Shown in pieces: positions 49,962-60,780 of a DNA stretch of 64,000 bases; position 1 is the first letter of the stretch, and every line of letters begins with the position of its first letter. Origin of the DNA: Bacteroidales bacterium (GTDB lineage Bacteria > Bacteroidota > Bacteroidia > Bacteroidales > UBA10428); the NCBI GenBank assembly GCA_050287785.1, contig JBNKCO010000018.1, positions 73,149 to 137,148 of the forward strand, given 5' to 3'. Made by a program: the position numbers and the translations under genes. The notes beneath the pieces are model-generated. The model had not been told where the DNA came from and did not search any database. It saw only the letters and a list, made by a program, of their open reading frames with translations.

Positions 49962-50732
49962 ATGGAAAAAGAGAAGTTGATATTAGTTACCAATGATGAT
50001 GGTTACCAGGCAAAAGGTTTTAAGTCTCTTATTGAGGCTGTGCGCCCACTTGGAAAAATAATTGCTATTGCTCCACTTGAGCCACAATCGGGTATGTCAC
50101 ATGCAATAACCGTCAAGCATCCTTTGCGAATAAAAACATTAAATAAAGAACCCGGGCTTACAATTTACGGTGTAAATGGCACTCCGGTTGATTGTGTCAA
50201 GCTGGCCATAAACCAAATTTTAGATATTAAACCAGATATGCTGGTTTCGGGAATTAATCATGGCAGTAATTCTTCAACAAGCATACTATATTCAGGTACT
50301 ATGGGTGCTGCACTAGAAGGTAGTATTCACCATATTCCTTCAATTGGTTTTTCACTTCTAAGTTATGATCACGATGCTGATTTTTCTGCATCAATACAAT
50401 ACGCTCGACAAATTACCAAAATGGTTTTAAAAGATTCACTTCCTACAAACATTTGCCTAAATGTAAACTTCCCTAATGCTTCGAAAGATGAAATTAAAGG
50501 AATAAAATCCTGTAGACAAACCATGGGGTTCTGGCGTGAAGAGTTTGATCAGCGTAAAGATCCTGTTGGTAATGAATATTTCTGGCTTACCGGAAGTTAC
50601 CACAATATTGAACCCGAAGCTGAAGACACCGACGAATGGGCATTGAAGAATAATTTTATTTCAATTGTGCCTGTTCAAACCGATCTCACCAGGTACGAAT
50701 CTCTTAATCAAATTAGCAAATGGAATTTCTAA
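49962..50732 (+). CDS. surE: 5'/3'-nucleotidase SurE
   Basis: ILVTNDDGYQAKG, SGINHGSN, YSGTMGAA. The track's TTG start at 49935 sits inside the promoter box, so the ATG at 49962 is preferred. Confidence 0.9.
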   Translation: MEKEKLILVTNDDGYQAKGFKSLIEAVRPLGKIIAIAPLEPQSGMSHAITVKHPLRIKTLNKEPGLTIYGVNGTPVDCVKLAINQILDIKPDMLVSGINHGSNSSTSILYSGTMGAALEGSIHHIPSIGFSLLSYDHDADFSASIQYARQITKMVLKDSLPTNICLNVNFPNASKDEIKGIKSCRQTMGFWREEFDQRKDPVGNEYFWLTGSYHNIEPEAEDTDEWALKNNFISIVPVQTDLTRYESLNQISKWNF

Positions 50733-51040
50733 ATAAACTTCGCAAACGAGATAATTTTTGGATTGGCTTAATTATTGGCATCGCACTTCCTTTTTTATTA
50801 TATCCATTAATTCGCCCACTAAATCCAGAAAATTTCAATTTCATAGATATTGAATATAAAAAAACGGTTATGAAGATGTTGCCTATGCTTCTTAGTCGAT
50901 GTGTATTTCCTAATGCACTTTTATTTTTTCTTTTCCTATGGGGAAATTTTGAAAAAACTGCTAAGGGAGTACTTTATTCAACCGTTGGAATTGTTGCAAT
51001 CCTTGGTATTATGCATGTTATTTTTAAATTCATATCATGA
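50720..51040 (+). CDS. small membrane protein
   Basis: 106 aa, three hydrophobic helices; translationally coupled (13-nt overlap with surE, ATGA overlap with lpxB). Confidence 0.6.
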   Translation: MEFLNKLRKRDNFWIGLIIGIALPFLLYPLIRPLNPENFNFIDIEYKKTVMKMLPMLLSRCVFPNALLFFLFLWGNFEKTAKGVLYSTVGIVAILGIMHVIFKFIS

Positions 51041-52173
51041 AATATTACATAATAGCCGGAGAACCTTCCGGTGACTTGCATGCTGCTAACCTAATGAAGG
51101 AATTAGTTATTCTGGATAAAAAGTCGGAATTCAGGTTTTGGGGCGGGGACCTTATGCAGGAAGTTGGCGGAACAATGGTTAAGCATTACAGCGAAACTGC
51201 TTTTATGGGAGTATTTGAAGTGGTAGCAAACCTTAAGACCATAAAGAATAATTTTAAAGTTTGTAAATCCGACATTCTTGAATATAATCCAGATGTTGTA
51301 ATTCTTGTTGACTATCCGGGTTTCAACCTGAGAATGGCAGAATTTGCACATAAGCATAAATTCAAAGTATACTACTATATTTCTCCTAAGCTATGGGCCT
51401 GGAATACAAAACGAGTAAAAAAGGTAAAGAAATATGTTGATCAAATGTTTTCAATTTTGCCCTTTGAGACTAAGTTTTATGAACAATATAATGTTACCGT
51501 AAATTATATTGGGAACCCAATAATGGACTCAATTGCTCAGAAACATAATAAGGATGAGCTTTTTGAAGATTTTACCAAACGAAACAAACTTAACAATAAA
51601 CCTATTATTGGCATACTGGCTGGTAGCCGGAAACAAGAGCTGGAAAGAATTCTTCCAGATATGCTTTTAATGATTGATAAATTTCCTGAACACCAATTTG
51701 TAATTGCAGGTGCTCCTTCCTTTACTGTAAAAGATTACGAGCCATTTATCTCTGGTTATGATGTAAAAGTTCTTTTCGATGAAACATACTCAATTCTTCA
51801 CCATGCAAAAGTTGCTATGGTAACATCGGGGACAGCAACACTTGAAGCAGGATTATTAAATTGTCCGCAAGTAGTCTGCTACAAAATGTGGGGAGGTGCA
51901 TTTACAGATTTTATGGGTAAAAAGGTTTTTATGAAAGTAAAGTTTATCTCTCTTGTTAATCTCATACTCGAAAAAGAAAGTGTTTTAGAGCTTTTCCAAA
52001 AAACATTTAGTCTGAAAGCACTTGAGGAAGAACTTTCTTTGTTATTAACCGATGATTCAAGAAGAAAGCAACTCTTTGCCGACTATGATGAACTGAGAAA
52101 AAGAACCGGCAAAGCTGGTTCTTCTAAACGAGCAGCAGAAATAATGATTAACACTTTAACTTCTGATAAATAG
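51037..52173 (+). CDS. lpxB: lipid-A-disaccharide synthase
   Basis: YYIIAGEPSGDLHAANLMKEL, ISPKLWAW, TSGTATLE. Confidence 0.9.
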   Translation: MKYYIIAGEPSGDLHAANLMKELVILDKKSEFRFWGGDLMQEVGGTMVKHYSETAFMGVFEVVANLKTIKNNFKVCKSDILEYNPDVVILVDYPGFNLRMAEFAHKHKFKVYYYISPKLWAWNTKRVKKVKKYVDQMFSILPFETKFYEQYNVTVNYIGNPIMDSIAQKHNKDELFEDFTKRNKLNNKPIIGILAGSRKQELERILPDMLLMIDKFPEHQFVIAGAPSFTVKDYEPFISGYDVKVLFDETYSILHHAKVAMVTSGTATLEAGLLNCPQVVCYKMWGGAFTDFMGKKVFMKVKFISLVNLILEKESVLELFQKTFSLKALEEELSLLLTDDSRRKQLFADYDELRKRTGKAGSSKRAAEIMINTLTSDK

Positions 52174-53310
52174 ATGAAAACTGTATTCACATACTTCCTT
52201 CTGTTATTGGCTTTTTCTTCTGGTGCACAAACAATGCAATTCGGATTGTTTAACAGTAAAAACGTTAATGCTTTCACAGTATCTATTCGTAGTGGAAAAT
52301 ACTTGTTAGTATGCGATGGCGAGAAATATGGCGAATACAAAAAAAATAACATATTCTTTGTAAGCAGACAAGGCAATAAAATAGAAATTCGGGACAAAAA
52401 AAACACAATTGGGATATTTAAAGAAGTAAAACTTTCGCACCTTACTTCTGATGCTATCTTCACATTAAAAGGAGTAAACCCAACAACAGTATCGCACGAA
52501 TACGAGGAGTCTATCAACTTTAATGTACTGAATAATAAATTGCAAGCCAAAAACTATATCGACCTTGAAAAATACATTGCCGGAGTTATTGAGGCAGAAG
52601 GAGGAATAGATGCTCCTTTGGAATACTACAAAGCTCAGGCAGTTTTAATCAGAACTTATACAATAAAGAATATTTATAAGCATGCCGAAGAAGGTTTTAA
52701 CCTCTGCGATGAAGTACATTGCCAGGCCTATCACGGAAGAAGTGTAAGAAATGAGGAAATCTATACAGCTACTAAAGCAACTGCCGGACTTGTTTTAATG
52801 GATACCGACTCTGTACTCGTAATGTCGCCTTTCCACTCAAGTTGTGGCGGAGAAACCTGCTCGGCAGGAATATACTGGCAGTCGGATCTCCCCTACCTAA
52901 AAAGCGTTAAGGATCCATTCTGTGTTGGTATGCGCAATTACAATTGGGAAAAGGAAATTCCAATAATGGATTGGTTTGCCTTTCTTAAAACAAAGGGAAT
53001 ATCAGATCCAAACAATTACACTAACTACAAAAGCATGCACCGGCAAAAGTATTACATCAACAACCCGCATCAGGTGACTTTTAGACAAATCAGGGAGAAA
53101 TTTGGTTTGCGTTCATCGTTTTTTTCTATTTCCCGTAAAGGCTCAAAAATTGTTTTTTCCGGGCATGGCTATGGGCACGGCATAGGTATGTGTCAAATTG
53201 GAGCTATGGAAATGGCTAAAGTTGGATTTACATATATTGATATTGTTCACTTTTATTTTCAAGATATATACATTACCGATTACAGAGAAATGGAATTGCA
53301 CAGATATTGA
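52174..53310 (+). CDS. SpoIID/LytB-domain protein
   Basis: LEKYIAGVIEAEGG, YKAQAVLIRTY, C..VHCQAYHG, SSCGGET. Confidence 0.85.
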   Translation: MKTVFTYFLLLLAFSSGAQTMQFGLFNSKNVNAFTVSIRSGKYLLVCDGEKYGEYKKNNIFFVSRQGNKIEIRDKKNTIGIFKEVKLSHLTSDAIFTLKGVNPTTVSHEYEESINFNVLNNKLQAKNYIDLEKYIAGVIEAEGGIDAPLEYYKAQAVLIRTYTIKNIYKHAEEGFNLCDEVHCQAYHGRSVRNEEIYTATKATAGLVLMDTDSVLVMSPFHSSCGGETCSAGIYWQSDLPYLKSVKDPFCVGMRNYNWEKEIPIMDWFAFLKTKGISDPNNYTNYKSMHRQKYYINNPHQVTFRQIREKFGLRSSFFSISRKGSKIVFSGHGYGHGIGMCQIGAMEMAKVGFTYIDIVHFYFQDIYITDYREMELHRY

Positions 53311-53398
53311 ATATCAAAATCTTGTCAATTTCCGGGGAATTGCTCAAAAAGATAAAAGTGGACTACTTTCTATTAAAGAAATAGAGTACTTTTGCAAT

Positions 53399-53926
53399 AT
53401 GCCTGATTACACTGAGAAACTAAAATCGTTTAATAACATTAAGCTTATTGATGTTGTAAAAAACTATAAGCAATACAATTATGACGAATCGTTAAGAAAA
53501 ATTGCCCTGGATATTCTAAACGAAAGAGGCGTTAGTGAGGAAGACCTGAAACTTTCAGGCAACTTTGAAAACTCCGAATTCAAGAATGCCGAAGGTCTCT
53601 ATCGAAATTTCAGGAAGTATTCAAGAACAGCTTTCATATGTTATCTACTCATCTTTGGATTCGAAATATTAGGAAACTTCCTTGATACTGATTATGCAAC
53701 CTTGACTAAAATTCTATTGATATGCTCTTTTACAGCATTACTATTATACTTTGTGTTTCTTATAAAATCAATTCTTACTGAAAGAAATTTTTATAATTCT
53801 ATTGGCAAAAAGCAGGGACTTAGCACAGTTTTAATCTATATATTTATTGGAATGCCGTTTTACTTCCTAATGTATTTTTATTTTAATAAGCACTTGATGA
53901 AGGATGAAATGATGATGATAAGGTAA
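53399..53926 (+). CDS. hypothetical membrane protein (start uncertain)
   Basis: The track ORF begins at 53198 inside SpoIID; the first ATG past the SpoIID stop is 53399; three C-terminal TM helices. Confidence 0.5.
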   Translation: MPDYTEKLKSFNNIKLIDVVKNYKQYNYDESLRKIALDILNERGVSEEDLKLSGNFENSEFKNAEGLYRNFRKYSRTAFICYLLIFGFEILGNFLDTDYATLTKILLICSFTALLLYFVFLIKSILTERNFYNSIGKKQGLSTVLIYIFIGMPFYFLMYFYFNKHLMKDEMMMIR

Positions 53927-54110
53927 CTTGAACTGGGTGAGGTATAAAAAAATAAATACCTCTCTGTATTCCTTTTAAGTTACTATGCTAGATTAGTTTT
54001 ATTATTGTTTGCTATTGTACCAGTATCTGCAATTTGACTTATTATTCCCTTTGATCATGAAATCGCTTTGCTTTTTTCTCTTTTCAACTGCGATTTTAGC
54101 GAACAATCAA

Positions 54111-54563
54111 TTATTTTTTTTTATCGTATTCTTCCTTCAGGTAGCTAATTGGAACCATAAACAAAAACCCGTAGTTTTTCTTTCCCTTATGATGATCGTC
54201 GTGTGCACGAACAATTGCCTTAAAGTACCAACTTTTGGCTTTCCCAAACATTATAATTCTTCGATGGTAGAAAACATCATGAAATAGAAAATATGCAAGC
54301 CCATATAGTGCAATTCCTGCACCTAATGCCACCATGTAGGTATTTCCCAGTAAAAGACCAAAGTAAATTAGTAAAAAGCTAGGTATTGCAAATATCACTG
54401 CAAAAATATCATTCCTCTCAAAAAGCTTTTTCTTTGGTGAGTGGTGGTCTTTATGAAGCACCCATAAAAATCCATGCATTACATATTTATGAGTAAACCA
54501 AGCTGTAAACTCCATAAACAAAAACCCAAATAAAACAGTTAGTGCTAAAAGAAAATATAACAT
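54111..54563 (-). CDS. crtZ: beta-carotene hydroxylase-like (fatty acid hydroxylase superfamily)
   Basis: 150 aa; histidine boxes HKYVMHG, HKDHH, HDVFYHRR, AHDDHH in the order and spacing of CrtZ. Confidence 0.65.
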   Translation of the reverse strand: MLYFLLALTVLFGFLFMEFTAWFTHKYVMHGFLWVLHKDHHSPKKKLFERNDIFAVIFAIPSFLLIYFGLLLGNTYMVALGAGIALYGLAYFLFHDVFYHRRIIMFGKAKSWYFKAIVRAHDDHHKGKKNYGFLFMVPISYLKEEYDKKK

Positions 54564-54639
54564 TAAAGTTTGTTTCTAATACTAACAATTCTCTTGCTAA
54601 ATAGTTTGGATTTGTTTGTATAAGCGCATGTTGGATATC

Positions 54640-55473
54640 CTACTCAAGCAATAAAATACTTTCGTCGGTGATATTTACTAATTTACGTTTATACAAATTA
54701 CCTATTGCTTTTTTAAAGTTCTTTTTGCTTATTCCAAATACATTACTGATTTCTTCAGGCGAACTTTTGTCGGTAAGTTCTAATCTGCCATTATTATTTC
54801 TCAGGTAATTAAGAATTGTTTCAGAAGTATCATCGATTTGTTGATAGCCAGGCTTGTAAAGTGATAGATCTATCTTCTCATCTTCTCTTATTTTTTTAAT
54901 ATATGCGAAAATACGCTGACCAATGGTTAGAGGCGTAAATAATTCGTTAGCATAAAGCATTCCCCAATGCGCATCTTCAATTATTGCCCTATAGCCAAGG
55001 TCTGTTTTATTCGCAATTAGCAATTCAACCTTCTGCTCTTCAACATATTCAACAGGTAAGTTATCTACAAATTTATCGAGTTTAGAAGATGCAGCTATTC
55101 GCTTGCTTTCAATATCAAAGTATAAATAAACAACATAAGATTCGCCTTCTTGCATTCTGGTTTTTTGCTCGCGAAAAGGCACAAATAAGTCTTTCATTAA
55201 ACCCCAATCTAAAAATGCACCGACAGATGTTACAGCTTTTACTTTTAGAAAAGCAAACTCATCAACAGTAGCAAAAGGCTCTTCAGTAGTAGCGATTATT
55301 CTGTCTTCTGAATCAAGATATATGAATACATCTAATATATCACCCTCTTCAGTGTTTTCTGGAACATATCTTGTTGGCAAAAGAATTTCGCCTTGCCCGC
55401 CTCCATCTAAATAAATTCCAAAATCGACTTTCTTAACAACCTCAAGCGAATTATATTTACCTATTTCTGCCAT
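54640..55473 (-). CDS. S1-domain RNA-binding protein (CvfB/YitL family)
   Basis: IGKYNSLEVVKKVDFGIYLDGG..GEILLP, repeated S1-like units, C-terminal winged-helix-like segment. Confidence 0.75.
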   Translation of the reverse strand: MAEIGKYNSLEVVKKVDFGIYLDGGGQGEILLPTRYVPENTEEGDILDVFIYLDSEDRIIATTEEPFATVDEFAFLKVKAVTSVGAFLDWGLMKDLFVPFREQKTRMQEGESYVVYLYFDIESKRIAASSKLDKFVDNLPVEYVEEQKVELLIANKTDLGYRAIIEDAHWGMLYANELFTPLTIGQRIFAYIKKIREDEKIDLSLYKPGYQQIDDTSETILNYLRNNNGRLELTDKSSPEEISNVFGISKKNFKKAIGNLYKRKLVNITDESILLLE

Positions 55474-55981
55474 TTCTCATTTCTTAAAATATTTGCTAAG
55501 GTAAACAGAAGCTTTCAAATATAATTCAGTAATTAGATAATTTCATTAAATGAACTTCTACACTGCAAGCGAACTGATTATTGTTAAAGTAATTTCTGTA
55601 ATTGCTCAGGAACGTTTTACATAAAACAAAACTTCCGGTAAGTAAAAAGAAAATTACTCTTAAGCACATAAAATTTCTAGAATGTCGATTATAATATTAC
55701 CCAACTAGCCTGATTAATTTTCCTAAAAACACAAATAAATTAAAATTATTTATATATTGTATATACGTTATGCAATATTGATTGATTTTGTAAATTATTA
55801 AATTTCAAAATTCAAGCTATTGGGTTGCATTAATGCTGATTTGAGTATACTCTATTCTGAATTTAATAAAACTAAACCAACCTAGCCCTACATGTAGAAT
55901 CTGGGAAGTGGAACTCATTAACTAAAGAAACAAAATGAGTTCCAACTGGATAAATAATACTCACTTTTAAAACAACCTATT

Positions 55982-58042
55982 ATGAAAAAAAGATCATTAC
56001 TATTATTATTCCTGCTAATTTTTTCTTTAGCTATCACCAGCGCCCAAAACAGAGGCGACCTGATTAACGTGAATCTCATAGCCTCATGGACACCTGATGA
56101 TCAGAAAAACTATGTGTTAGAACAACTAGGAACAGAACTCCCAATCGACGAAGGCCTAGTCAATGCCATTCTAGAGGTTTTAGCTAATTATGTTCACTCG
56201 TATAACATTAACATATACAAAGTAAGATACTGGACAGAAGATCTGGCGGGAAATGCTGTACAGGCAACTGGTGCTATGACAATACCACAAAGCGATCACG
56301 GCAAAACGATGATCCTTTTTGGCAGAGGACACGTCTATGATGAAAGCGATGTATTCTCCAATCTTAGGTCAGGCGGTGGCAGTAATTTATTTGCCACGTT
56401 ATACAGTATGATTGACTTTATTGTTATGGTTCCTGACTATATTGGATGTGGAGATGGTGAGGGACGTGAAAAAGGGTTCAATCACAATGAGGGAGCCAAT
56501 GCTATGGTAGATATGTACCGGGCAGGTTTGCAAGTAACAGATCAACTCTCTGTGAAAAGAAACGAACAAGTCTTTGTGGGTGGATATTCACAAGGAGGAG
56601 GAAACGCCATGGCTACTATAAGATACCTACAAGAAACAGGTTTAATATGGGATGAACTTCCAGTGCACAGTGCTATTTTTGGTGGTGGCCCATATGATTT
56701 TAGCAATACTACTTTAAATTATTCTTTATCTATAGATGAAAATATAGATCCTGAATACTACTTTATTTTTTGCCGAGGTGCAGATGATGCTGGCTTTGAC
56801 ATTTATGATGATCCACACAATTATATTACCCCTGAGTATTGGGATGAATGGGACTATTATATCGCAAATGATGCCATCAGAAAAGAAAATATCCCAACAC
56901 AATGGAAGACCTTGTTTTTACCTGAAGCTCTTGAGAATATGTCTCAGCCTGGCAGCCAGCTTTTTGAATATGCTAAAACCCTGGATGTATATGACTGGCG
57001 TAATCACATCTCCATTTTAATGACATATGGTACTGCAGATACGGAAGTACCTCATGAAAACACCCTAATCGCGCAAGAGGCTATTCGTAATCAAGTACCC
57101 ATAGAGAACTTTTGGGAGAAATGGCTAGTGAATACAACGAATTTTGGTGAAGTTGATCATAGGACTGCCGGGGCTTATACTCTACTAGCATCTTTAGTGG
57201 AATTTGGACTTCATCGCGACGCTCACAATATTGCCAATCCTTTTAATTATTTCAAGGATGCTGATCAAAGTAAAGACATTCCTCAACCTTTATTTAGGTC
57301 AAATTTGAGTGCCATAACTCCTCAGATTACCCTAAATTCAGGGCTAAAATCCAGTGCATCGAGCAAAATATCAGATGTAAAAGCTTTTCCAATAACAGTA
57401 AAAGGTCTAGGTAAAGAGATTAATTTTACAGGAAATGTTTTGGACATGACTGCTGTTGAGCCTGGTTTTTACGCAATAGAAGCCACGGTAAATGGCGAAA
57501 GAAAAATGGAATTGTACAATCGCAAGAATTATGAGCTGATCACAGAAGACGATAATATTGACGGATATTTCCCGTTGCAGCAAAAAGATGGAATATGGAA
57601 CCTGGATTTAAGTTATCTGGAAAATGCAACCCAGGTAACTATTTTCGATCAAGATAAGAAATCTGTGAACTCATATTCTGCATTAGGTGAGAAAGAAGTA
57701 TCTTTTCCCGGGCTAAATAAGGGGATTTATACTGTTGAGGTGTTGACTAACAAGACTGCTTTTTATATAGAACTGAAAAACACAGCCGACATCATCGATA
57801 ATAACACTATTACATACTTACAGAATACAAATGAACTGCTTGTATCTCTCGAAAGTGAAGCGGCAAAAATAAAAACCATTGAGGTAATTAATATTAAAGG
57901 CCAGTTAGTACAAACAATATCTAAGGTTGAAGAAAGTTCTGTCAAAACTGATATTGAGTTACAACCAGGCATTTATATTGTCAAGGCTTCTTTGTCTGAT
58001 GATTCTTTTATAACCAGGAAAATTGTTGTAAAAGGTCTGTAA
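55982..58042 (+). CDS. secreted alpha/beta-hydrolase (lipase-like) with T9SS C-terminal domain
   Basis: Signal peptide; nucleophile elbow GGYSQGGG; C-terminal beta-sandwich tail (IEVINIKGQLV..GIYIVKA..KIVVKGL). Confidence 0.75.
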   Translation: MKKRSLLLLFLLIFSLAITSAQNRGDLINVNLIASWTPDDQKNYVLEQLGTELPIDEGLVNAILEVLANYVHSYNINIYKVRYWTEDLAGNAVQATGAMTIPQSDHGKTMILFGRGHVYDESDVFSNLRSGGGSNLFATLYSMIDFIVMVPDYIGCGDGEGREKGFNHNEGANAMVDMYRAGLQVTDQLSVKRNEQVFVGGYSQGGGNAMATIRYLQETGLIWDELPVHSAIFGGGPYDFSNTTLNYSLSIDENIDPEYYFIFCRGADDAGFDIYDDPHNYITPEYWDEWDYYIANDAIRKENIPTQWKTLFLPEALENMSQPGSQLFEYAKTLDVYDWRNHISILMTYGTADTEVPHENTLIAQEAIRNQVPIENFWEKWLVNTTNFGEVDHRTAGAYTLLASLVEFGLHRDAHNIANPFNYFKDADQSKDIPQPLFRSNLSAITPQITLNSGLKSSASSKISDVKAFPITVKGLGKEINFTGNVLDMTAVEPGFYAIEATVNGERKMELYNRKNYELITEDDNIDGYFPLQQKDGIWNLDLSYLENATQVTIFDQDKKSVNSYSALGEKEVSFPGLNKGIYTVEVLTNKTAFYIELKNTADIIDNNTITYLQNTNELLVSLESEAAKIKTIEVINIKGQLVQTISKVEESSVKTDIELQPGIYIVKASLSDDSFITRKIVVKGL

Positions 58043-58054
58043 TTATTTTTAGAT

Positions 58055-58181
58055 GTGTCTGCAAGAACCGAGTATATAAACAAATTATGTTTATGAGCTT
58101 CCGCTAGTCGATTACGAGCTCTGTGAAACTATAACTCCCTATTCCGCAGTGATGTATAGCTTTAAGAGTTCTTGCAGACAC
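58055..58181. repeat. 127-bp unit bounded by a perfect 14-bp inverted repeat
   Basis: gtgtctgcaagaac (58055-58068) and gttcttgcagacac (58168-58181), extendable to about 18 bp with one bulge; lies between convergent genes. Confidence 0.7.
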
Positions 58182-58243
58182 TCTATGAATTTAAACAACA
58201 ATACATTCCGATGATATCAAGGTAAACTGCACAAAGATTTTCT

Positions 58244-60169
58244 TTATTTCTCTTCTTTTCTGTTGCTATATTGTTCCTTTACTTCTTCCCTAAGCGTAGC
58301 AGTATCCCAAGCACTATCAGACTCGTGAATAGATGCAGTTCTTTCAGCTTCAAACATTTCTTCGAGTTCTTTTGTATATCGCTGTGCTTGTTGGATATAT
58401 TTATCTTTATCTTCCAGCCAGTGAATATACATATCAGCAAGAATATCCTTATTATGTTTTTTAAAGGTCTGAGCTGCACGATACGATTGATAATTTGAAA
58501 ATCCTAATCTTTGCATAGCCAAAACGCCTAACTCAAGGGCTGAATCGAAGACCTCAACCTGCACATCGGTAATTTCTAAATTATAATATTCATACAAATG
58601 TTTTAGATCAACTGCTCGTGCTACAATTTTAAGGTTGGGATAAGTACGTTTTATGTATTTGGCAGTTTCCAGTGCTTTTTCTTTATCATCAATTGCCATA
58701 ATCAAAAGTTTGGCTTTGTCGGCTCCTGCTGATTTTAACAAATCGGGTCTGGAAGCATCGCCATAATATACTTTAAGACCAAATTTCCTTAGTATTTGTA
58801 TATTCTTTGGATTATTGTCAAGAACCGTTGCCTGAATTCCATTAGCAAAAAGTAATCGACCTATTACAACTCCAAATCTACCAAAGCCGGCAATAATTAC
58901 CTTGTTATCATTTTCCGCTATCTCATCGGACTTTGGTTCGTTCACCACTTTTTCGTACAAGGGTTGAATAACTTTTTCATTTATTATTAACAAAATAGGT
59001 GTTATGGCCATTGAAAGAGCCACTGATAAAACTAATAAACTGGACCACTCATCAGGAAATAGGTTCACCCCTTGAGAAAAACTTATAAGAACAAATGCAA
59101 ACTCACCTCCTTGAGCAAGAGTCATTGCTAATTGTGTTTCCTTTCCATTTCGTAGTTTAAAAAACCGCCCTAAAACAAACAATACCAGAAATTTAACAGA
59201 TATTAGTCCTAACAATATAACAAGTACCATTACCGGTTTTTGAAAGAGTAAATTAAAATCAATTCCGGCACCAACGGCTATAAAAAACAATCCCAGAAGT
59301 AGCCCTTTAAAGGGTTCAACATCGGCTTCCAATTCATGCCTATACTCACTATCAGCTAAAACTACCCCGGCTAAAAATGTTCCCAGAGCAGGTGATAATC
59401 CAACCTTATCCATTGCAAGTGCTATTGAAATAATAATAAGCAAAGCTGCAGCAGTGAATATTTCTCTAATTCCGGTAGCTGCAATAAAGCGGAAAATATA
59501 ACGTGCAATAAACCTACCCGCAACAATAATAAATAAAACAAGCCCGATAATTAACAGTAATTGTTGCAAGCCAGTTAATGCTAAAACATCTGTCTCGGCC
59601 ACAGTATGAACCTCTTCGCTAATTATATTATTTGGAACATTCTGATTTTTTGTAGCAAGCAAGGGTAATATTGCTAAAATTGGAATAACAGCAATATCCT
59701 GAAAAAGAAGAACGGAGAACGAAGCCTGTCCGGCAGTAGTTTTCAATAAATTCTTTTCTGCAAGTGTTTGCAGAACAATTGCGGTTGAAGACAAAGAAAG
59801 AATTAAACCAACACCTATCGATTGAGTTATTGAAAGTCCTATAAATAATGAAATCCCTCCTATTATAGTGGTGGTTAATAGAACCTGTAAGCCACCAAGT
59901 CCGAAAATAGATCTTCGTAGTTTCCAAAGAAGTGATGGTCTAAGCTCAAGACCTATAAGAAATAGCATAATAACTACTCCAAATTCTGCAATATGCATTA
60001 CATCATCCCCTTCCGTACCAATTAAACGCAATACATATGGCCCAATAACAATACCGGCCAATAAGTATCCTAATACCGACCCTAACCCTAGCTTCTTTGC
60101 AATTGGAACCGAAACTACGGCTGCCATCAAATAAATAAATGCTTGAGTAAAGAAATTTTCATTATGCAT
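58244..60169 (-). CDS. CPA2 K+/H+ antiporter, KefB/KefC-like with TrkA-N domain
   Basis: 641 aa; about 12 TM helices; Rossmann IIAGFGRFGVVIGRLL. Confidence 0.85.
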   Translation of the reverse strand: MHNENFFTQAFIYLMAAVVSVPIAKKLGLGSVLGYLLAGIVIGPYVLRLIGTEGDDVMHIAEFGVVIMLFLIGLELRPSLLWKLRRSIFGLGGLQVLLTTTIIGGISLFIGLSITQSIGVGLILSLSSTAIVLQTLAEKNLLKTTAGQASFSVLLFQDIAVIPILAILPLLATKNQNVPNNIISEEVHTVAETDVLALTGLQQLLLIIGLVLFIIVAGRFIARYIFRFIAATGIREIFTAAALLIIISIALAMDKVGLSPALGTFLAGVVLADSEYRHELEADVEPFKGLLLGLFFIAVGAGIDFNLLFQKPVMVLVILLGLISVKFLVLFVLGRFFKLRNGKETQLAMTLAQGGEFAFVLISFSQGVNLFPDEWSSLLVLSVALSMAITPILLIINEKVIQPLYEKVVNEPKSDEIAENDNKVIIAGFGRFGVVIGRLLFANGIQATVLDNNPKNIQILRKFGLKVYYGDASRPDLLKSAGADKAKLLIMAIDDKEKALETAKYIKRTYPNLKIVARAVDLKHLYEYYNLEITDVQVEVFDSALELGVLAMQRLGFSNYQSYRAAQTFKKHNKDILADMYIHWLEDKDKYIQQAQRYTKELEEMFEAERTASIHESDSAWDTATLREEVKEQYSNRKEEK

Positions 60170-60186
60170 AATCAGGTAGGTTTAAA

Positions 60187-60780
60187 TTAATTGATCAAGT
60201 CATTTAAATATTCAAGCTTTATAATTTCTTTTTCATCGAATAAGTTGTCCCTTAAAGCCAAAATTGTTCGCTTATAATCTTGGGCATAAGTTAATATCTC
60301 TTTTTCTTTCAACAAATGGGTTCCATGAACTACGTATGGGGGCAAATAATTCATTGAACAAAGATTAGCTGATTGACGATAAGGTAAAAGAAAATCTATA
60401 ATTGTGTGGCAATTACGGCCATCTTCACAATAGGCATTTTTACCTCCACCAGCTGTTACTACATTAAATATCGACTTACCAGCCAAAGCATTCCCTAGCT
60501 TGCCGTATGCAAAATTATGTTCAAGCACCAGATCCATCCATTCCTTAATTATTGCCGGGGCACTATACCAATAAAGCGGGTGGTGCCAAACAATAATATC
60601 ATGCTCCAGTAACAAGCTCTGTTCTTTTTTTACGTCAATCTGGAAATCGGGATATTCTTCATACAGCTCGTGCACAGTAACATTTTCTTCATTAATTACC
60701 TCATTTAGCAGATACCTGTTAACCTTTGATTTATGCTTTGCAGGATGCGCAAATAATATCAGTACATTATTTCTTTTCAT
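60187..60780 (-). CDS. flavodoxin-like NAD(P)H oxidoreductase, KefF/KefG-type ancillary protein
   Basis: VLILFAHPAKHKSKVNR, HPLYWYSAPAIIKEWMD; immediately upstream of the Kef antiporter. Confidence 0.8.
   Translation of the reverse strand: MKRNNVLILFAHPAKHKSKVNRYLLNEVINEENVTVHELYEEYPDFQIDVKKEQSLLLEHDIIVWHHPLYWYSAPAIIKEWMDLVLEHNFAYGKLGNALAGKSIFNVVTAGGGKNAYCEDGRNCHTIIDFLLPYRQSANLCSMNYLPPYVVHGTHLLKEKEILTYAQDYKRTILALRDNLFDEKEIIKLEYLNDLIN

Noticed and set aside
52083-52550. 155-aa minus-strand ORF across the lpxB/SpoIID junction
   Set aside because: It is antisense to two conserved genes and has no motifs.
53198-53398. 5' extension of the 242-aa ORF overlapping SpoIID by 113 nt
   Set aside because: The overlap is implausibly long, and the extension reads as out-of-frame SpoIID sequence. 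A start at 53399 is preferred, with low confidence.
54111-54563. Isolated CrtZ-like hydroxylase as evidence of a carotenoid cluster
   Set aside because: No other crt genes lie nearby. A single fatty-acid-hydroxylase-superfamily gene is not informative about a pathway.
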